Assembly (NCBI GenBank): GCA_013265495.1
Contig: MU061045.1
Coordinates: forward strand, 62,001-126,000
Source of the DNA: Vicugna vicugna
Taxonomy: Eukaryota
DNA length: 64,000 nucleotides
Direction of reading: 5' to 3'
This document shows positions 59,731 to 64,000 of the stretch, in pieces (within the stretch, counting starts at the first letter, position 1; each line of letters begins with the position of its first letter). The notes under the pieces were generated by a model. It had not been told where the DNA came from. It worked only from the letters and a program-made list of their open reading frames with translations, and did no database searches. The position numbers and the translations under genes were made by a program.

Positions 59731-62700
59731 CTGCAGGGACAGACCAACAGTCAGAGCGGTGACCGTCAGGGTGTCTGTCAAATCCCCCGCAAGCCAGGAG
59801 GGAAGGCCTAGGTCCATCCCACTTCCTCCCCGAGGCCACTGCAGGAAGGGGATCTCCTCCATTCCTCCTGCGTCCTCAGCCCGACAACAGTGGGGGGCAC
59901 ACGGTAGGTGCTTACTTAAAGTGCTAGCGGGAAGTGTGAGTAGAGGAGCCGGGGCCAGGACCAGGGCCACAGTGGCAATTAAGGCCAATGAGTGCCTTGG
60001 TCACCTGGTGCCAGGAACTCGGGGCTTCTCAAGGTCAGGGAGGTGCCCGGTGCCTGGGCTGCTGGTGGCGGTCATTGGAGGGTTGACCTGGCCCGACCAG
60101 AGTGACCCTGCAGGGCTGAGGGCGGAGGTGGGACAGACCTCCCCACCCATAAGCCTGCGCCTTGGGTCCATCCTGGACAGCCCCCAGCCCAGCATTTGAG
60201 GCAGCCCATCTGCAAGAGCGCCTGGGCCTTGGGCAGCCAGCCAGCGCCCCTGGGCTTGGGCTCTGCTGAAGGAGGAGCAGCTGGACACAGCCCCAGGGAG
60301 TGGGCTCCCGGTCTGCGGTCTCTAAGCCGGGGGAGGAGCCGTTTGGCTTACATAAGAAAGAGAAAAGCCTTGAGAGGAAACGTTTGCCTGGGGCAGGGGC
60401 GAAGGGCCACCTGGTTGCTGTGTTGGACTCAGACTTTTTATGCAATCGATTGTGTACAACTGGAAAAAGCTAAGCAACTCCAAACACGGACACCAAATGA
60501 AGCAAGGGGCCCCAGGTGTGTCCTAAGTTGCCGCAGGACCACGCGGATGTGTGGGCCCCTCCTGGTGATTTAGGAAAGCGGGAGCCACTCTGCACCCCCT
60601 CGTAGAGTCTTCCTAGTGGCGTCTGCACCTCCAGCCCGGAAGCCAAGGGGAGGCCCAGGGCCCTCAGGCCAGAGTGGGAAACATCTGTGAGGTCAGTGAG
60701 GCTTAGGGACACCCCAGGAGCCAGGATCTGAACAAAGTGCTGCTAGGAATGGTGGAGTGAAAGGCCTAGAACAGAGGGCAGCCCAGGAGGCACCCCCTGC
60801 CCTGACGCAGCCCCAGGAAAGCATCTGGGGCAAGAGGTGCACGAGGTGAGCTGGGGATCCAGCTGACGGGCTCGGGTGGGGCAGGGGCGCTGAAAGACAT
60901 CAGGCACTAACCCTACCGGTTACCCGTGGACGAAGGAAGCAGAGGAGGAGGAAGCCAGGCCGCTGCCCTGAGGAAAGGAGACAAGGAGGCAGCACTCCCT
61001 TCCCCACACCCCGCCTCCTGACGGGGACAGATCCCTGGAGTGGTCTGGCCAGAAGCTCAGGGTCCCAGCAAGCCAGTGGCAGGAGGAACGGCATTCGGAG
61101 GACCAGAGGGGTGTCCACTGTCCCCAAGCCTCCCTCCTGTCACCCAGGCTGTGGGCTTGACTTGGGAATGTGTGCCTCCCTCGCCCCTCTGGCTCTGCGG
61201 GGCTCCAGCTGCCATGCTGTGAGGACACCCCAGCAGCCTGTGGAGAGGTCCGGGTGACGGGGGACCAAGCAGCCTCCCATCTGAATGGCCACCTGCCTGC
61301 CCAGCCCCTCAGCCCCGACCCAAAGCCCAGCTGCAGGGCTACACATGTCCCCGGTTCAGAACTTCCCTTCTGTTGAGCTAATGACCAGCTTTGAACAAGC
61401 GGCACTGAGAAAACAATCAGTTTCCTGGTTATGCCAGTATTTGCTCCTTTTCTATCAGCGCTGGCCCCATGATCATCACACACACCGAAGCTGCCGAAGC
61501 CTCCACGCCCATGACGCAGGTCCAGCCTGGTCGGCTGCCTGGTGTCTGCCCTCAATACCCCACTTCCTCCCCCGCCCCGGTGTGCTCCTCAGGCGCCCCC
61601 AGCCTTCCCCCCGCTGCCGCATCTTGCTGACACAGGTCCTTGTGCAGCTCCTAGTGCTGGACCCCCAATCCGCCTGCCCACAGCCACCTCCCTCCACGCA
61701 GCCGACAGGCTCCTTCTGGAAAGAAGACAGATCTAACTTGTCCATACCTGCTTGAAGCCCTCTGTGCTCCTGCCTGTGTGGTCCAGACCTCCACACACCC
61801 TGGCCCACTGCCCCAACCTGCCTGTTCCCAGAACATCCCGGGCCCTTTCACACCCAGCCTGCACCTCCGTGCCCACACCAGGACCACTTAGTGCGGGGTC
61901 CTGCCCTGCCTCCAGCTATGGCTCAGCAGGGCCCCTGGCGCTCCAAAGGCTGAGCCCACTGACATGGGAGCCCACCCTGCCAGGCAGGTGTCCAGCTCAC
62001 CTCTAGAAGGAGCATGTCTGGGAGGTACCGGTCCTTCCAGTGGTCAAGGAAGACCATGTCCAGCGTGTCCACGTCATATTTCTTCTTCAGCTGGGGGATG
62101 ATATCTTGGGATGCCCCGACGACCAATGTCACCTGGAACAGCCCTCGTCAGTGTCCGGCCACAGGGCAAACAGACCCCCACCTGGCCCCACACAGTTTTC
62201 TTCAGGGTTTGGGAGACACAGGTCCCCGGCCCCAGCCTCCACGGAATGACCAGCAGGGAAAATGTGGCATCGAGCCGCTGGGGTGTGATGAAGCCCCCAA
62301 CCCGCCCGGCCCTGGGAGCCTCAGTGCCACCCCGGGGGTGGTGTCATGCCACACCCTGTCCTGTAGGCCTGCGAAGTCCAGCATCTGCTGGGTGATGGCG
62401 GCGTAGTCGGGGTTAAGCTCGATGGTGAGCAGCCGGGCGCCAGGCAGCAGCAGGCGGGCCATACGCACGGCCGAGTAGCCCACATAGGCCCCCAGCTCCA
62501 GCAGCACGGAGGGGCGCAGCTCCTGCACCACGGCGTCCACGATCTGGCCTGCGGCGGTGGAGGAGGTGTGAGCAGGCGGAGGGGCCTGACCCACTCCCAG
62601 TCCTGGCCCAGCTCCTTCCTGACTGAGCAGCAGCCCGCTCCCGATGCCCAGCCCCACGGCCCATGCCTCTGAGCTCCCGTGGCCACTCAGGCCTCTGCGC

Positions 62701-63531
62701 TGGTCTCTTTTCCACTATTCCTGGCTGACCCCAACCAGTCCTAACCCAGAGCTGTCCTCTGCGGAAGCCCCCACCCCACTCTGCCCACAAGCTGCACTCA
62801 AGAGCATCCTTGACTCCCTTGAGCTGGACACGGTTGGAAAGGCCAAGGAGGCCGGACAATGGCTGTCACGTCTGTCCTCAGCCTGACCCTAGGAAATGCA
62901 GCTCAGCACATGCCGGTGCCCCATGCTGGAGTCCAGAGATCAGGAGGCAGCCCTGGAGGTGGGGGAGCCTGGTGCCTGGGCCGGGCAGAGTCCAAGAGAC
63001 TCGGTACGCCCTCCCGCCCAGCCAGGACACCCAGGAACCCACTGCCCACCCCGCGGATCTGGTCCTGCTGGAGGGTGTGCAGATGCAGGGCCTCCAACCG
63101 GTGTTGGCGAGGGGCCCCCTGCACAGCACCTCCTGAGGGTCTATCACATGTCTGCCCCCACGGGGATGGCAACATGGTGTCAGGAGTGAGAGGCTGGTCC
63201 CCTCGCCCCTGCACACCCGGGAGACAGGTGAACAGCCACAGCACCCACCTTTCTTGTCGCCCACGTTCATGGCCCACTCCTTGGTCAAGCAGTAGGTGTC
63301 GATGGCGCGGACCACGCTCTGCGGGTCGCCGGCCACCGCATGTTGCTGTACGTAATGCAGGATGCGCTGCTCCTTACTGTCGCCCATCAGGAGGTTGCAG
63401 ATGGGGTGCAGGAATAGCTCGTTCCAGCCAAGGAAGACGATGCCGCAGCGGCGCAGGACCGGCAGCACCAGCAGCAGCAACACCAGGCCCAGGGAGACAG
63501 CGACCAGCAGCAGGGGCGGGCCCTCCAGCAT
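59518..63531 (-). CDS. COMT: Catechol O-methyltransferase; MB-COMT 273 aa, join(63249..63531,62355..62548,62001..62132,59518..59730); S-COMT starts at 63387 (225 aa)
   Basis: Spliced translation has a signal anchor then [10 protein letters not shown]...; catalytic and Mg/SAM residues W38, M40, E90, D141, W143, K144, D169, N170, E199 are present; 283+194+132+213=822 nt. Confidence 0.97.
62001..62132 (-). CDS. COMT: COMT coding exon 3 ([44 protein letters not shown])
   Basis: gttccag|GTG ... GAG|gtgagc; 132 nt. Confidence 0.95.
62355..62548 (-). CDS. COMT: COMT coding exon 2 ([25 protein letters not shown]...DFAGLQDR)
   Basis: ccgcag|GCCA ... AGG|gtgtgg; 194 nt. Confidence 0.95.
63249..63531 (-). 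CDS. COMT: COMT coding exon 1 with MB start (63531) and S start (63387)
   Basis: cctcaccag|ATG; hydrophobic [17 protein letters not shown]; AAAG|gtgggt; 283 nt. Confidence 0.95.
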
Positions 63532-63601
63532 CTGGTGAGGGGGCGGGCAATGGCAGGGTGAGGCCTGCAGGAGGCCAGGTGGACCCAAGGGCTCCCGTGG
63601 T

Positions 63602-63617
63602 TAGTGCCCCCTGCCGT
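63602..63617 (-). promoter_or_regulatory. CTCF-like motif ACGGCAGGGGGCACTA upstream of the COMT first coding exon
   Basis: Close match to the CTCF core; occupancy unknown. Confidence 0.4.
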
Positions 63618-64000
63618 CCTGGCTGACCCACCCATGCACCCCTCAGTCGGGGGTGGTGCTGCCACGGACCCCTGTGCTGACGGGGGCCCAAGGTTCAAGG
63701 GGCCAGCCACCTGCCAGGTTGCTAGCTCCAGGTGTGCACAGCCCCGCTCACCCGCAAACAGCTTCCTGCTGGGGCTGCGCCCTGGGTGGGGAGCAGCTGT
63801 GTGTCTGGCGGTCCTGCCCAGGGGCTGCAGGTCACAGCCCCCCACCCCTGGCCCACCGTGTTTTCCCAGGAAGCCCAAGGTGAGTTGAGGCTCCTGACAC
63901 TCAGGGCAATCCCAGAGCACCTGCGGTTCTGTGAGTGTTTCCAGATAGGACACAGGTGGCCCCCATCTGAGGGACACAGGGCACACCCCGCTGGCCACTC

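Noticed and set aside
62290-62362. Position corresponding to human MIR4761
   Set aside because: Sequence does not resemble the human hairpin I recall and no convincing stem is visible
63532-63588. Apparent 19-aa N-terminal extension of COMT in the ORF track
   Set aside because: Starts at TTG, not ATG, and lies upstream of the splice acceptor at 63532-63533

Overview
GC-rich mammalian genomic DNA, syntenic to the human 22q11.2 interval. A Vic-1-like tRNA-derived SINE suggests a camelid. Three genes were reconstructed exon by exon with GT-AG boundaries and consistent phases. (1) TANGO2 (- strand): complete CDS, 8 coding exons, 831 nt, 276 aa, with MIR185 in its first intron. (2) ARVCF (+ strand): complete CDS, 17 coding exons, 2883 nt, 960 aa. 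It starts at a CpG island head-to-head with TANGO2 and has an internal CpG-island promoter with an alternative MPAELRQ first exon, an 18-nt microexon and a 3'-UTR intron that allows an alternative C-terminus. (3) COMT (- strand): all 4 coding exons (MB-COMT 273 aa, S-COMT 225 aa), tail-to-tail with ARVCF; its upstream non-coding exons are not identified in the window. Other content is old repeats (L1, MIR, L2, CR1), a 198-nt N gap and a GT microsatellite. Almost all ORFs in the supplied track are GC-rich noise. I see no evidence for a wholly new gene system. The most interesting candidate is a locus-internal circuit: miR-185 from the TANGO2 intron has a perfect 8mer site in the ARVCF 3' UTR just past a proximal poly(A) signal. 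Other leads are a Cys69->Val change in the COMT SAM-binding motif that looks like a compensated micro-indel, triple CCAAT arrays at both ARVCF promoters, and QKI/RBFOX motifs around the exon encoding the PDZ-binding tail. Comparisons with human or mouse sequences are from memory and need checking by alignment.
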